Source of the DNA: an uncultured Thermoplasmatales archaeon
GTDB taxonomy: Archaea > Thermoplasmatota > E2 > UBA202 > DSCA01
Direction: 5' to 3'
DNA: 64,000 bases
Assembly: GCA_964514975.1 (NCBI GenBank)
Contig: CAZESS010000009.1
Coordinates: forward strand, 944-64,943
Position 1 is the first letter of the stretch, and each line of letters opens with the position of its first letter. The notes under the pieces were generated by a model. That model was not told the DNA's origin and did no database searches. It saw only the letters and a program-made list of their open reading frames with translations. Both the position numbers and the translations under genes were made by a program. Positions 17,980-28,596 of this stretch are shown here, in pieces.

Positions 17980-19179
17980 ATGATAGCTCCGTCAGTGCGC
18001 TCTGAGGGTGTCAACTATGCCATCCGCGAGGTGGTGCTGCCCGCCCGGAAGCTCAAGCGGCAGGGCATCGACATCATGGAGCTCAACATCGGTGACCCGA
18101 TTGCCTATGACTTTGACACGCCGCAGCACATCATGGACGCCCTGTACCGGGGAGCCCGGGAGGGATACAACGGATATGCTCCCTCGGAGGGCTACCCCGA
18201 GCTGCGGGAAAAGATAGCGGAGCGGGAACGCCGCCGCAACAACGTTGACTACGACATCGAGGACATCTGCGTGACCACGGGTGTGACCGAGGCACTCCAG
18301 ATTTTTTTGTCGGCCACGCTGAACGAGGGCGACGAGCTGCTGGTGCCCGGCCCGACGTATCCGCCCTACAACCTGATGACCAGGTTCAACGGCGCGGAGC
18401 CCGTTGCCTATCGGACCATCGAGGAGGAACACTGGCAGCCCGATGTCGACGACGTGGAGCGCAAGATAACCGACCGGACGAAGGCCATGGTCATTATCAA
18501 CCCCAACAATCCGACGGGTGCACTGTACCCCCGGGACACGGTCAGGGAGATGGTGGACATCGCCGTTGACCATGGCATCCCGGTTATCTCCGACGAGATA
18601 TATGACGACATCACGTTCGACCGCGACCATCATTCGACGGCCTCGCTGGCGAGCGATGCACCCATCATCACGTTCAACGGCTTCTCCAAGGTGTACCTGG
18701 TGCCCGGGTGGCGGATGGGCTATGCGATGTTCAACAACCCCGGCGGGCAGCTCGACCGGGTGCAGGATGCCTTTTACCGCATCGCCCGCGCTCGCCTGTG
18801 CGCCAACTCGGTCTGCCAGCGGGGCATGATCGCCGCACTGGACGGCTCGCAGGACCACATTCCCGAGATGGTCGCCACGCTGCGCGAGCGCAGCCGGTTT
18901 GCGCACAAGCGATTGAACGAGATACCGGGGATTTCGTCTGCGCGGCCCGACGGCGCGTTTTACATTTTCCCCAAAATCGAGGCCATCGACGGCTGGCGGG
19001 ATGACAAGGAGTTCGTCCTCGACGTGCTCAACACCGCCCATGTTTTACTCGTTCATGGCTCCGGGTTTTCTCCCGAGTATGGCGCCGGCCATTTCCGGGC
19101 GGTGACGCTGCCGCCGATGGAGACCCTGGAGGAAGCCTTTAATAGGCTGGACTCTTTCATGAGGGAGAGGATAGCATGA
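17980..19179 (+). CDS. Class I/II pyridoxal-phosphate aminotransferase (alanine/aspartate aminotransferase family)
   Basis: It shows the fold I aminotransferase pattern, including SFSKVYLVPGWRMGY with the PLP-binding Lys. The start was chosen at MIAPS. Confidence 0.7.
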   Translation: MIAPSVRSEGVNYAIREVVLPARKLKRQGIDIMELNIGDPIAYDFDTPQHIMDALYRGAREGYNGYAPSEGYPELREKIAERERRRNNVDYDIEDICVTTGVTEALQIFLSATLNEGDELLVPGPTYPPYNLMTRFNGAEPVAYRTIEEEHWQPDVDDVERKITDRTKAMVIINPNNPTGALYPRDTVREMVDIAVDHGIPVISDEIYDDITFDRDHHSTASLASDAPIITFNGFSKVYLVPGWRMGYAMFNNPGGQLDRVQDAFYRIARARLCANSVCQRGMIAALDGSQDHIPEMVATLRERSRFAHKRLNEIPGISSARPDGAFYIFPKIEAIDGWRDDKEFVLDVLNTAHVLLVHGSGFSPEYGAGHFRAVTLPPMETLEEAFNRLDSFMRERIA

Positions 19180-20240
19180 AAATCGAGCGGTCTGTCCTGA
19201 TGGCCATCGTCGTCCTGGTGGCGATTGCGGCTGCGGCGAGCGGCTATTACGGCTACGAGGTATGGAAGGAGCAGCAGCCCACCACCGTTGGCGAGGGTGA
19301 CTTCGTGGAACTCTACTATATCGGCTACTATGAAAACGAGACGGTGTTCGCGTCGTCGTTCACCGGCGACGTGTCGGCGAATTCCTCCTTCGACAATCCC
19401 GACGAGCTCACCTCGCTCAAGGCATACATGGGCAGGCAGCGCCCCTCGGCGGACAAGTACCCGGCGAACTGGAGCACCGGCGACCTGGGGTCCATCCGGG
19501 GCGCCCGCGTATACGACCTTGAAGGCCTGTATGACGGCCTGCTGGACATGGAGGAAGGCGACGTCGCCGTGCTCGGCCCGCTGTCCCCAGGGCAGGCATA
19601 TGGCCGCCCGGTCGAGGAGGCGGTGGACAACCAGACGCTCATCCGGTCTAACTTTACCGGTATCCCGCATCAGCAGATAATCATTCAAAATCTCACCGAT
19701 TACAATGCCACGCTGGAATGGATGCCCGAGATGGGGGCAACCTTCACCATGCCCATGTACTGGGGGCAGAGCCCCGTTGAGCATCCCTACTGGATATGGA
19801 CGAACGCGAGCACCGTCATGTCGTACAATGAGACGCATGCGGCGGTGAAGACCACGCCGAACGTGCTGCACAACCTGACCATCCCGCCGTTCTGGGAAAA
19901 CGTCACCGAGGTCGTCAACCTCACAAATACAAGTGTTACCCTGGCGTTTGAGCCGGAGGTCGGCGACTCGTTCAGCTACTACGGGCAGACACTGGTCGTG
20001 GAAAACGTCACCGAGACCACCATCAACGTTTCCTACACCTCTGGCAACCAGACACAGTACACCGAGATCAACAAAACGTTGCCCTGGATGGAGTTCAACC
20101 TGACCACCCATCTCCCGCGGGTGTTCCCGAACATCCCACAGGACTACATCAAAAGCGACCTGCTGCGCGCCGGCTACTCGTTCAGCGAGATGGCCGGCAA
20201 AACCGTCTATTTCAAGATAAAAATCCTGCAGGTGCTGTAG
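19176..20240 (+). CDS. Membrane-anchored extracellular FKBP-type PPIase-like protein with a heavily N-glycosylation-sequon-rich C-terminal domain
   Basis: It has an N-terminal TM/signal (MKIERSVLMAIVVLVAIAAAAS). FKBP-like blocks GDFVELYYIGYYENETVFASSF and LYDGLLDMEEGDVAVLGPLSPGQAYGRP flank an insert, as in archaeal long-type FKBPs. The C-terminal domain has at least 12 N-x-S/T sequons. The ATG overlaps the upstream stop (ATGA). Confidence 0.4.
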   Translation: MKIERSVLMAIVVLVAIAAAASGYYGYEVWKEQQPTTVGEGDFVELYYIGYYENETVFASSFTGDVSANSSFDNPDELTSLKAYMGRQRPSADKYPANWSTGDLGSIRGARVYDLEGLYDGLLDMEEGDVAVLGPLSPGQAYGRPVEEAVDNQTLIRSNFTGIPHQQIIIQNLTDYNATLEWMPEMGATFTMPMYWGQSPVEHPYWIWTNASTVMSYNETHAAVKTTPNVLHNLTIPPFWENVTEVVNLTNTSVTLAFEPEVGDSFSYYGQTLVVENVTETTINVSYTSGNQTQYTEINKTLPWMEFNLTTHLPRVFPNIPQDYIKSDLLRAGYSFSEMAGKTVYFKIKILQVL

Positions 20241-20243
20241 CGG

Positions 20244-21632
20244 TCAGGCAAGCTGGTTTTGCACCTCGCGGTCGAGGAGCGCCAGGAAGGATTCCTCCTC
20301 GCCTCGGGGAATGGTTGCTCCTGCCGCGACGGGATGACCGCCGCCGATGCCGCCGAGCTGCCGTGCTGCATGCTGCATCGCCGAAGCCAGGTCGATGCCA
20401 CGGTCGGTCATGGACGATACGACGCGCGCGGATGCCTTCACCTCGCTGCCGTTTTTCATGGCGAAGCCCACCAGCGGTCCGCTGTTTTTTATGCTGCTGG
20501 AATGCAGGAGCATCCCGGCGATGATACCGACGACCGTGTCCCGAATGGCGGAGCCGCCGTTGAAATAATGCAGCCCGCCGTATTCTCGGAGCCCCTCCCG
20601 TTTCACATACCGGATGCCGTGGGCGATGCAGCGTCGATGCTGCTGCAGCAGGTCATAGGCCGCCCGGAGCCCCTCGTCGCGGTCGCCGAGACAGACCTGG
20701 AGCCCCACGTCGGCGTGACCATAGCGGGCGGTGGCGTTCAGCAGGGTGGCATACTCACGGGCGTCCCGGAGCTGTGTTCCCTCTGTTTCACGGGACAGCT
20801 CGTAGACCTCACCCACCAGGCGTCCGGCCCGATGGTGGCCGAATCCCCTGGAAATGAGCAGCGCCACGAGCGATGAAATAATATGCCGTTTTTCCGCCGG
20901 CTCGAGCTCCATCCATTTTTTCCACCGTCGCCCCTCCTTTACCGGGATGTCGAGGTTTTGCAGAAACGCCCGGCATGCGCCGGCTCTGCCCGTCAGGCCG
21001 GGAAGCATCGGGTCGTCCGCGTACTGCAGCAGCTTGTAGAGCGGTCTGGTCTGCCGGCCGAAGGCCCGGAGGTCGCTGTACCGTGACACCACACCCGCAT
21101 TCTCTCCCATGTCAGCGATGGCGCTGTTCCACCCGGTGTGCCGGCATGCGGCTGCATCCTGCATGTCACCGGCGGCGCCTATCATGGCGAGGTCGGCCAT
21201 GTCACTGTTTCGTTCGTCCATGGCCAGGGCGACCAGAAAGGTGAGGCCTGCCCCGGAGACCATCCGCTCGCCGCTCACCCCGTAGCGATAGGGATTGAAA
21301 TGCCGCCATGAGGTATCGTGGCCGGCAGGCGTATGATGGTCGGTGATGACATAGTCCAGCCCGTCGAGAGAGGACAGCATGCCGCTGCCCAGGTCGGTGA
21401 ACCAGATAAGCCGTTCGCTGTCCCGCAGTTCCTCGATAGCCATCTCGTCGAGCTGCTTGACATACCTTATGTTGCCATCGACGCCGGCGCGCTCCAGGCA
21501 GCGCATGGCGATGGCCCCGGCTGCGATGCCGTCGGCGTCGATATGGGTGACGACCTCAACGCTGCCGGCATCGACGATACCGTCAGCTATTTTTTTTGCC
21601 TGCTTCAGTGCACTGTCCAGCATCCCATCCAC
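20244..21632 (-). CDS. DHH-family phosphoesterase, archaeal RecJ-like nuclease (DHH + DHHA1)
   Basis: It has the DHH motif (YVITDHHTPAG), an N-terminal THIDADGIAAGA motif, and a C-terminal DHHA1 GGGHPVAAGATIP. Confidence 0.65.
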   Translation of the reverse strand: MDGMLDSALKQAKKIADGIVDAGSVEVVTHIDADGIAAGAIAMRCLERAGVDGNIRYVKQLDEMAIEELRDSERLIWFTDLGSGMLSSLDGLDYVITDHHTPAGHDTSWRHFNPYRYGVSGERMVSGAGLTFLVALAMDERNSDMADLAMIGAAGDMQDAAACRHTGWNSAIADMGENAGVVSRYSDLRAFGRQTRPLYKLLQYADDPMLPGLTGRAGACRAFLQNLDIPVKEGRRWKKWMELEPAEKRHIISSLVALLISRGFGHHRAGRLVGEVYELSRETEGTQLRDAREYATLLNATARYGHADVGLQVCLGDRDEGLRAAYDLLQQHRRCIAHGIRYVKREGLREYGGLHYFNGGSAIRDTVVGIIAGMLLHSSSIKNSGPLVGFAMKNGSEVKASARVVSSMTDRGIDLASAMQHAARQLGGIGGGHPVAAGATIPRGEEESFLALLDREVQNQLA

Positions 21633-21687
21633 GCATGATATCCGGCAGCGTTATATGAACTCTTTGGAAAATGTCGCCTCAACCTAA

Positions 21688-21699
21688 TTTTTATATATT
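21688..21699 (+). promoter_or_regulatory. TATA box (tttttatatatt) of tRNA-Asn
   Basis: It is AT-rich and lies about 30 nt upstream of the tRNA 5' end, the typical archaeal promoter spacing. Confidence 0.45.
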
Positions 21700-21725
21700 G
21701 ATTTCCCATGCCATACATCAGACCT

Positions 21726-21799
21726 GCCGGCGTAGCTCAGTATGGTGGAGCACTCGGCTGTTAACCGAGCGGTCACCGGTTCAAATCCGGTCGCCGGCG
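21726..21799 (+). tRNA. tRNA-Asn (anticodon GUU)
   Basis: The sequence is GCCGGCGTAGCTCAGTATGGTGGAGCACTCGGCTGTTAACCGAG...GGTTCAAATCCGGTCGCCGGCG. The anticodon loop is CTGTTAA. No CCA is encoded. Confidence 0.8.
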
Positions 21800-21955
21800 T
21801 CATCCAGCACGCCAGGAGAGCACAAAGCGGATATCTCCGGAAGATATATCTATCGAGGAACACTTCCATATTCCTGGTCATTGCTGCCCCGCGCTATTTT
21901 GTATTCAGTAAACATCGCTGCCGACCCGTGCGCTACAGTCATGGCCGCCCTTTGC

Positions 21956-22288
21956 TTACAGGTTGTCGTAGAGCCTGGTGAACTTCGCGTTGCAGTTCGG
22001 GCACCGGATGGTATCCGGGGGCACCATTTTCCCGCAGCCGTGACATCGCTTCATGTTCCCGAAATCATCGCCCTGGTCGCTGTCCATCAGCCGCCGCGGC
22101 AGCAGGCCGGCGACGAGCACGACGGCGCCGGCGGCCAGGAGCACCACCAGCGCGCCGTCGGGCAGATACCGGGATAGCACATCGGCAAATGGCACGCCGG
22201 ACGCCAGGCCCAGCATCCCCATGGCCATCATGCCCGCTCCGGCTGCTACATATCCGGCTCGCATCATCCCCATAATCCGATGGCTCAC
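21956..22288 (-). CDS. Small membrane protein with a C-terminal zinc ribbon (CHGCGK...CPNCNAKF)
   Basis: It has two hydrophobic helices and then a C-x2-C-x11-C-x2-C zinc ribbon. Confidence 0.4.
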   Translation of the reverse strand: MSHRIMGMMRAGYVAAGAGMMAMGMLGLASGVPFADVLSRYLPDGALVVLLAAGAVVLVAGLLPRRLMDSDQGDDFGNMKRCHGCGKMVPPDTIRCPNCNAKFTRLYDNL

Positions 22289-22322
22289 TTAAAGACTTCG
22301 AAAAAATGCGGCACCGGTGGCG

Positions 22323-23204
22323 CTAGCCGAAAAACCCGTCTATCCGGGCTGCCTGCTCCGCCGCCTCATGGTAGCCGAGCCGGACGTTCCGCCGGATGGC
22401 GTCGGCGCTGAAATCCGTCACCCGGCGTGCATGGGAGCCCGTGGTGAAAAACACGTCGCCGTGCTCCTCGTCCAGCAGCGTCATCATATCCGCTTTTTTG
22501 CCGTCGAGCAGGGTATGGTAGAGCCCGAGCATATATTCCAGAGGGCTGTCGATGTCATGCTGGACGTGCTCATGCGGCGCAAACGGGGACAGCGCCATGA
22601 TCTGCACCCCCTGGCGGCCGGTGTCCAGCGCTGCCCTGATGGGAAACCCCTCGGTGACGCCGCCGTCCACGTAGCAGTGCCGTTCTCCATGCGTGGTATA
22701 CCAGAGCGGCGTGAACACGAACGGTATCGCCACCGACGCGGCGACCGCCGCATCCAGACTCATGTCGACGTCCCGGGGCACATATTTCCGCTCCGTCTCG
22801 TTGACATCGGTCACCACGCACTGGAACATCGTATCGGTGAAGCTGTCCCAGGATATGTCATGCCGGTCAAGGATGCCGGCGACCCGCTGCCGCACCAGCT
22901 CGATGTCCACCTCGCCCCAGGAGCGCACCACGTTCCATCCCTTCCTGAGCGGGGCGGGACGAAACAGCTGCCACGGCTTTGCGTCGAGCAGCTCCCGCTC
23001 GATCGTCGCTGAATCCAGCCCGGCCGCCATGAACACGCCCAGCAGCGCGCCGCCGCTCGTCCCGGTGACCAGGTCGGGTATGTAGCCCGTTTCGTCATGG
23101 ATGTATTTCCAGGCGCCGATGTAGGAGGTGGCATGGGCGCCGCCGCCCGAGAGCGCCAGCACTTTCCTGCGGGTCGCAGCCATGAGACGACATGCCGCAT
23201 CCAT
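22323..23204 (-). CDS. Patatin-like phospholipase
   Basis: It has a G-G-G-x-H/R oxyanion motif (LSGGGAHAT), a G-x-S-x-G nucleophile (GTSGG) and a catalytic DGG (YVDGGVTEGFP). Confidence 0.7.
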   Translation of the reverse strand: MDAACRLMAATRRKVLALSGGGAHATSYIGAWKYIHDETGYIPDLVTGTSGGALLGVFMAAGLDSATIERELLDAKPWQLFRPAPLRKGWNVVRSWGEVDIELVRQRVAGILDRHDISWDSFTDTMFQCVVTDVNETERKYVPRDVDMSLDAAVAASVAIPFVFTPLWYTTHGERHCYVDGGVTEGFPIRAALDTGRQGVQIMALSPFAPHEHVQHDIDSPLEYMLGLYHTLLDGKKADMMTLLDEEHGDVFFTTGSHARRVTDFSADAIRRNVRLGYHEAAEQAARIDGFFG

Positions 23205-23257
23205 GTTTTATAGATTTGTGTGCCCTGTAACCATCAACCATTAATGCAGGCTGCGCA

Positions 23258-23869
23258 TTGTCTGTCATGGATACACGTGAGGCCATCAGGACACGGCGGA
23301 GCATCCGCCGGTACACCGACGAGCCCGTGTCACGGGAGCAGCTTGAGGAAATCATCCAGGCGGCCCGCTTCGCCCCGTCGGCTGAAAACCGGCAGCCGTG
23401 GCGGTTCATCGTGGTCACCGACCAGGAGGTCATCGCCCGGCTGTCCCACACGATAAAAGGAGAGGTCAGGCGGCTGCTCCGGTATCGATTTATCGCGCAG
23501 CTGTGGATGAAAGAGCTTCGAGACCGGGAGACCCTGAAGCTGCTGTACGGCGTGTCACATGCCGAGCAGGACATCATCTTTTTCGATGCACCGGCGGTGG
23601 TCTTCATCGTGACCCGGGATGTGCGGTTCAACGACGAGTCCTGCGCCTGCGCCGCCCAGAACATGATGCTCGCCGCCCATGACATGGGCCTGGGCTCCTG
23701 CTGGATAGGCTTCGCATCGGTCCTCGGCCTGCGCGGGCAGGCGCTGGAGGACATCGGGGTGCCCGACGGGTATCACATTGCTGCCACGCTCACCCTTGGC
23801 CATCCAAAGGGCAGCCCACAGCCGCCGATGCGAAATCCGATGGCAGATGTCATCAACTGGATTGAGTAA
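23258..23869 (+). CDS. Nitroreductase family protein (FMN-dependent)
   Basis: The N-terminus (RRSIRRYTDEPVSREQLEEIIQAARFAPSAENRQPWRFIVV) is typical of the NfsB/NfnB family. Confidence 0.7.
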   Translation: MSVMDTREAIRTRRSIRRYTDEPVSREQLEEIIQAARFAPSAENRQPWRFIVVTDQEVIARLSHTIKGEVRRLLRYRFIAQLWMKELRDRETLKLLYGVSHAEQDIIFFDAPAVVFIVTRDVRFNDESCACAAQNMMLAAHDMGLGSCWIGFASVLGLRGQALEDIGVPDGYHIAATLTLGHPKGSPQPPMRNPMADVINWIE

Positions 23870-23906
23870 GCCGACAGACGGAATCAAAAACTAGTTATAT
23901 CTATAT

Positions 23907-24494
23907 TTGATACCCGCTGGCATGAAGGACGCACTCGCAAACCCGGCACCCCTGGGCCTGATGGGCTTCGGCATGACGACGGTGCTGCTCAACATCCACA
24001 ATGCGGCGCCCGAGACATATGCGCTGAGCTCGATGGTCATGGCGATGGGCATCTTTTACGGCGGGCTCGCCCAGATATTTGCGGGCATGCTCGAATACCG
24101 GAAGGGCAACACCTTCGGCGTCACCGCGTTTGGCTCCTACGGCCTGTTCTGGCTGTCGCTTGTCGCGCTGCTTGTATTACCGGATGTCATCGACGGCGTC
24201 GCGTCGACGAGTGCCTCATTTATGGGCTGGTATTTTTTCATGTGGGGCCTGTTCACCATGCTGATGTTCATCGCGACGTTGAAGCTCAACACCGGATTGC
24301 AGTTCGTGTTCGCCACCCTGTTCATCCTGTTCTATCTGCTCGCATTGCGGGACTGGGGATACGTCAGCGGGAGCTGGATCGGCATCGAGGGCATCATCTG
24401 CGGGCTGAGCGCCATCTATGTCGCGATGGCAGAGGTCATCAACGAGGCCTTCGGGACAACGATTTTGCCGCTGGGGAGACCGCTCGTCGACTGA
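23907..24494 (+). CDS. satP: Succinate-acetate/proton symporter, GPR1/FUN34/YaaH (AceTr) family
   Basis: It has the [22 protein letters not shown] signature and aligns along its full length with E. coli SatP/YaaH ([24 protein letters not shown]...). Confidence 0.85.
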   Translation: MIPAGMKDALANPAPLGLMGFGMTTVLLNIHNAAPETYALSSMVMAMGIFYGGLAQIFAGMLEYRKGNTFGVTAFGSYGLFWLSLVALLVLPDVIDGVASTSASFMGWYFFMWGLFTMLMFIATLKLNTGLQFVFATLFILFYLLALRDWGYVSGSWIGIEGIICGLSAIYVAMAEVINEAFGTTILPLGRPLVD

Positions 24495-24648
24495 GAGACA
24501 TTAATTTCTCTTGCCCGGTTTGTCCGGGATATGGCTACCTGGAGATGCCGGTGGGTAAATGCAGTACAGAGGGGAATGTCTGTAAAAATCGTGGACGCCA
24601 GCGGGAGGATGGCTATATCGGGGAGGAACGGGATAGGCGTATCCTGCG

Positions 24649-24960
24649 TTACTGGTAACGGCTGATTTTGTCCCGGAGCACATCTTTTTCCAGCGCGCCG
24701 ACGAGCATGTCCTCCACCTCGCCGCCCTTGAAGACGAGCAGGGTGGGGATGCTCATGATGCTGTACCGCCGCGCCAGGTCTTGGTTTTCGTCGACGTTGA
24801 CCTTGGCGAAGGCGACGCCGTCCATCTCGTCGTCGAGCTCCTCGATTATCGGGCCGATGATTTTGCAGGGTCCGCACCAGGACGCCCAGAAATCGATGAT
24901 GGCCAGGTCGTTGTCGTTCACGAAATCCTGAAACGTTGCCGCTGTGAGTTCCTCGGGCAT
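24649..24960 (-). CDS. trxA: Thioredoxin
   Basis: It has the WCGPCK active site and a ~103-aa thioredoxin fold. The start was chosen at MPEEL (an internal ATG of the longer ORF). Confidence 0.75.
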   Translation of the reverse strand: MPEELTAATFQDFVNDNDLAIIDFWASWCGPCKIIGPIIEELDDEMDGVAFAKVNVDENQDLARRYSIMSIPTLLVFKGGEVEDMLVGALEKDVLRDKISRYQ

Positions 24961-25045
24961 AAGTTCACCGTGCCCATACCACGCCGCGATATAAAAAGTT
25001 TTCACCGTCCACAATGCTTTATAGCCGGGGCTGCATACACTGGCC

Positions 25046-25915
25046 ATGAAAATCAAGCCCCGGTGCGTTCCCTGCCTCCTCCATCGGGTCATCTACGAGG
25101 CAGACCTGATCGGCGCGAGCGAGGAACAGCAGCAGGAGGTCATCCAGCAAACGGCGCGGCGTCTCCTCGACGAATACGGACCGGAGCGAGGCTCCGCCGC
25201 CGTTGCCACAGAGGTTCACCGCCTTGCGTATGAGCTGCTGGACAGCGACGACCCCTACCGGGAGCTCAAGCAGCGGAGCAACGAGATGGCCATGCGGCTG
25301 CTGCCCACAGCCGAAACATATATCCGGGAGAGCGACGACCCCCTCAAAGCCGCCATTGTATGCTCCATCGTCGGTAACTCCATCGACTTCGGCATCGCGG
25401 GCAGCGCCACGTCACCCGAAGAGCTCGAGCAGAGGTTCGCCAGCGATGTCGAACGGGGACTCCAGCATGACGACCTGGACCGGCTGCGCCAGCATCTGCA
25501 CGGCCCCGTTTTGTATTTCACCGACAACTGTGGCGAAATCGTGTTCGACCGGCTGGTCTGCCGGGAGATCAAGCGCCACCATGACATCTCGCTCATCCTG
25601 GTCGTCAAGGGTGCTCCCATCCTCACCGACGCAACCATGGATGATGCCCGGATGCTGCAGTTCGACGAGGTGGTCGATAACGTTGCGACCACGGGCGGCT
25701 TCGCCATCGGCGTGGACATGGATACACTGCCTGCCAGGGTGCGGCAGGCACTGGATGACGCGTCGCTCGTCATCGCCAAGGGCATGGCCAACTATGAGGC
25801 GTTTTCCGAGACAGCCATACGGCCGATTGCCTATCTGCTCAAGGTGAAATGTAAAAGCATCGCCGAGGCGATGGATATGCCGCTCGACGGGCACGTGGTC
25901 AAGATGTACGGGTAG
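25046..25915 (+). CDS. DUF89 / ARMT1-like damage-control phosphatase family protein
   Basis: It has an N-terminal CVPCLLHR metal-site motif and the D-N-x-G-E motif (FTDNCGEIVFD) characteristic of DUF89. Confidence 0.6.
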   Translation: MKIKPRCVPCLLHRVIYEADLIGASEEQQQEVIQQTARRLLDEYGPERGSAAVATEVHRLAYELLDSDDPYRELKQRSNEMAMRLLPTAETYIRESDDPLKAAIVCSIVGNSIDFGIAGSATSPEELEQRFASDVERGLQHDDLDRLRQHLHGPVLYFTDNCGEIVFDRLVCREIKRHHDISLILVVKGAPILTDATMDDARMLQFDEVVDNVATTGGFAIGVDMDTLPARVRQALDDASLVIAKGMANYEAFSETAIRPIAYLLKVKCKSIAEAMDMPLDGHVVKMYG

Positions 25916-25925
25916 CTCTCCAGGG

Positions 25926-28200
<2,275 letters not shown>

Positions 28201-28262
28201 ATCCGGAGGACGAAACGGCTATGCACTGTTAAAGTTTACGTTGTGTTACATCACGGTGATAC

Positions 28263-28281
28263 AAAAAAAAACAAAAAACAT
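28263..28281 (-). terminator. Oligo-T tract on the minus strand (gttttttgtttttttttg) in the 146-nt gap between the zinc-ribbon gene and the downstream SudB-like gene
   Basis: Archaeal terminators are oligo-T runs. This one lies about 70 nt downstream of the 28347 stop, and a TATA-like TTTAA element follows at 28228-28242. Confidence 0.35.
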
Positions 28282-28346
28282 GATGGAGCAGGCCGCTCCA
28301 CCGGAAAACGGGGAAAAGCGTTTTTGGGAAACAGAGCAGCCCGTGA

Positions 28347-28529
28347 CTATCGGCGCTTCCGTTTCGAAAAACAGTCCCGGCAGTAGACGGGCCGTCCCTG
28401 TGTGGGTTTAAATGGCACTTCCGTTTCCTTGCCGCAGTCCGCACAGGTTGCCTTGTGCATCTCCCGCGGGCCCCGGTTACGGGAGCCACCATGTCTTCCT
28501 TCTCTGTTCATGGTTGTGTTGGGCTCCAT
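28347..28529 (-). CDS. Small basic zinc-ribbon protein (CxxC-x17-CxxC)
   Basis: The motif is CADCGKETEVPFKPTQGRPVYCRDCFSKRK. It is a small zinc-ribbon protein of a type that is widespread in archaea and bacteria. Confidence 0.5.
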   Translation of the reverse strand: MEPNTTMNREGRHGGSRNRGPREMHKATCADCGKETEVPFKPTQGRPVYCRDCFSKRKRR

Positions 28530-28596
28530 GCATGCGTCTCCACGCGCATGGAGAAGCCGATATGCCGTGGCTGCTATTTATAGTTTTACCGCTTTG

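Noticed and set aside
21684-21981. ORFs 21684..21881 (-) and 21742..21981 (+)
   Set aside because: They overlap the tRNA-Asn gene and its flanks and are spurious.
22317-23012. 231-aa plus-strand ORF opposite the patatin gene
   Set aside because: It is antisense to a motif-supported gene (GxSxG / DGG patatin) and has no features of its own.
24495-24648. Possible ncRNA or riboswitch in the 154-nt gap after satP (hairpins cccgg-tttgt-ccggg and ggatag-gcg-tatcc)
   Set aside because: The hairpins are short and sit between two convergent gene ends, so they are more simply terminator-like structures. No C/D box or other recognisable RNA motif was found.
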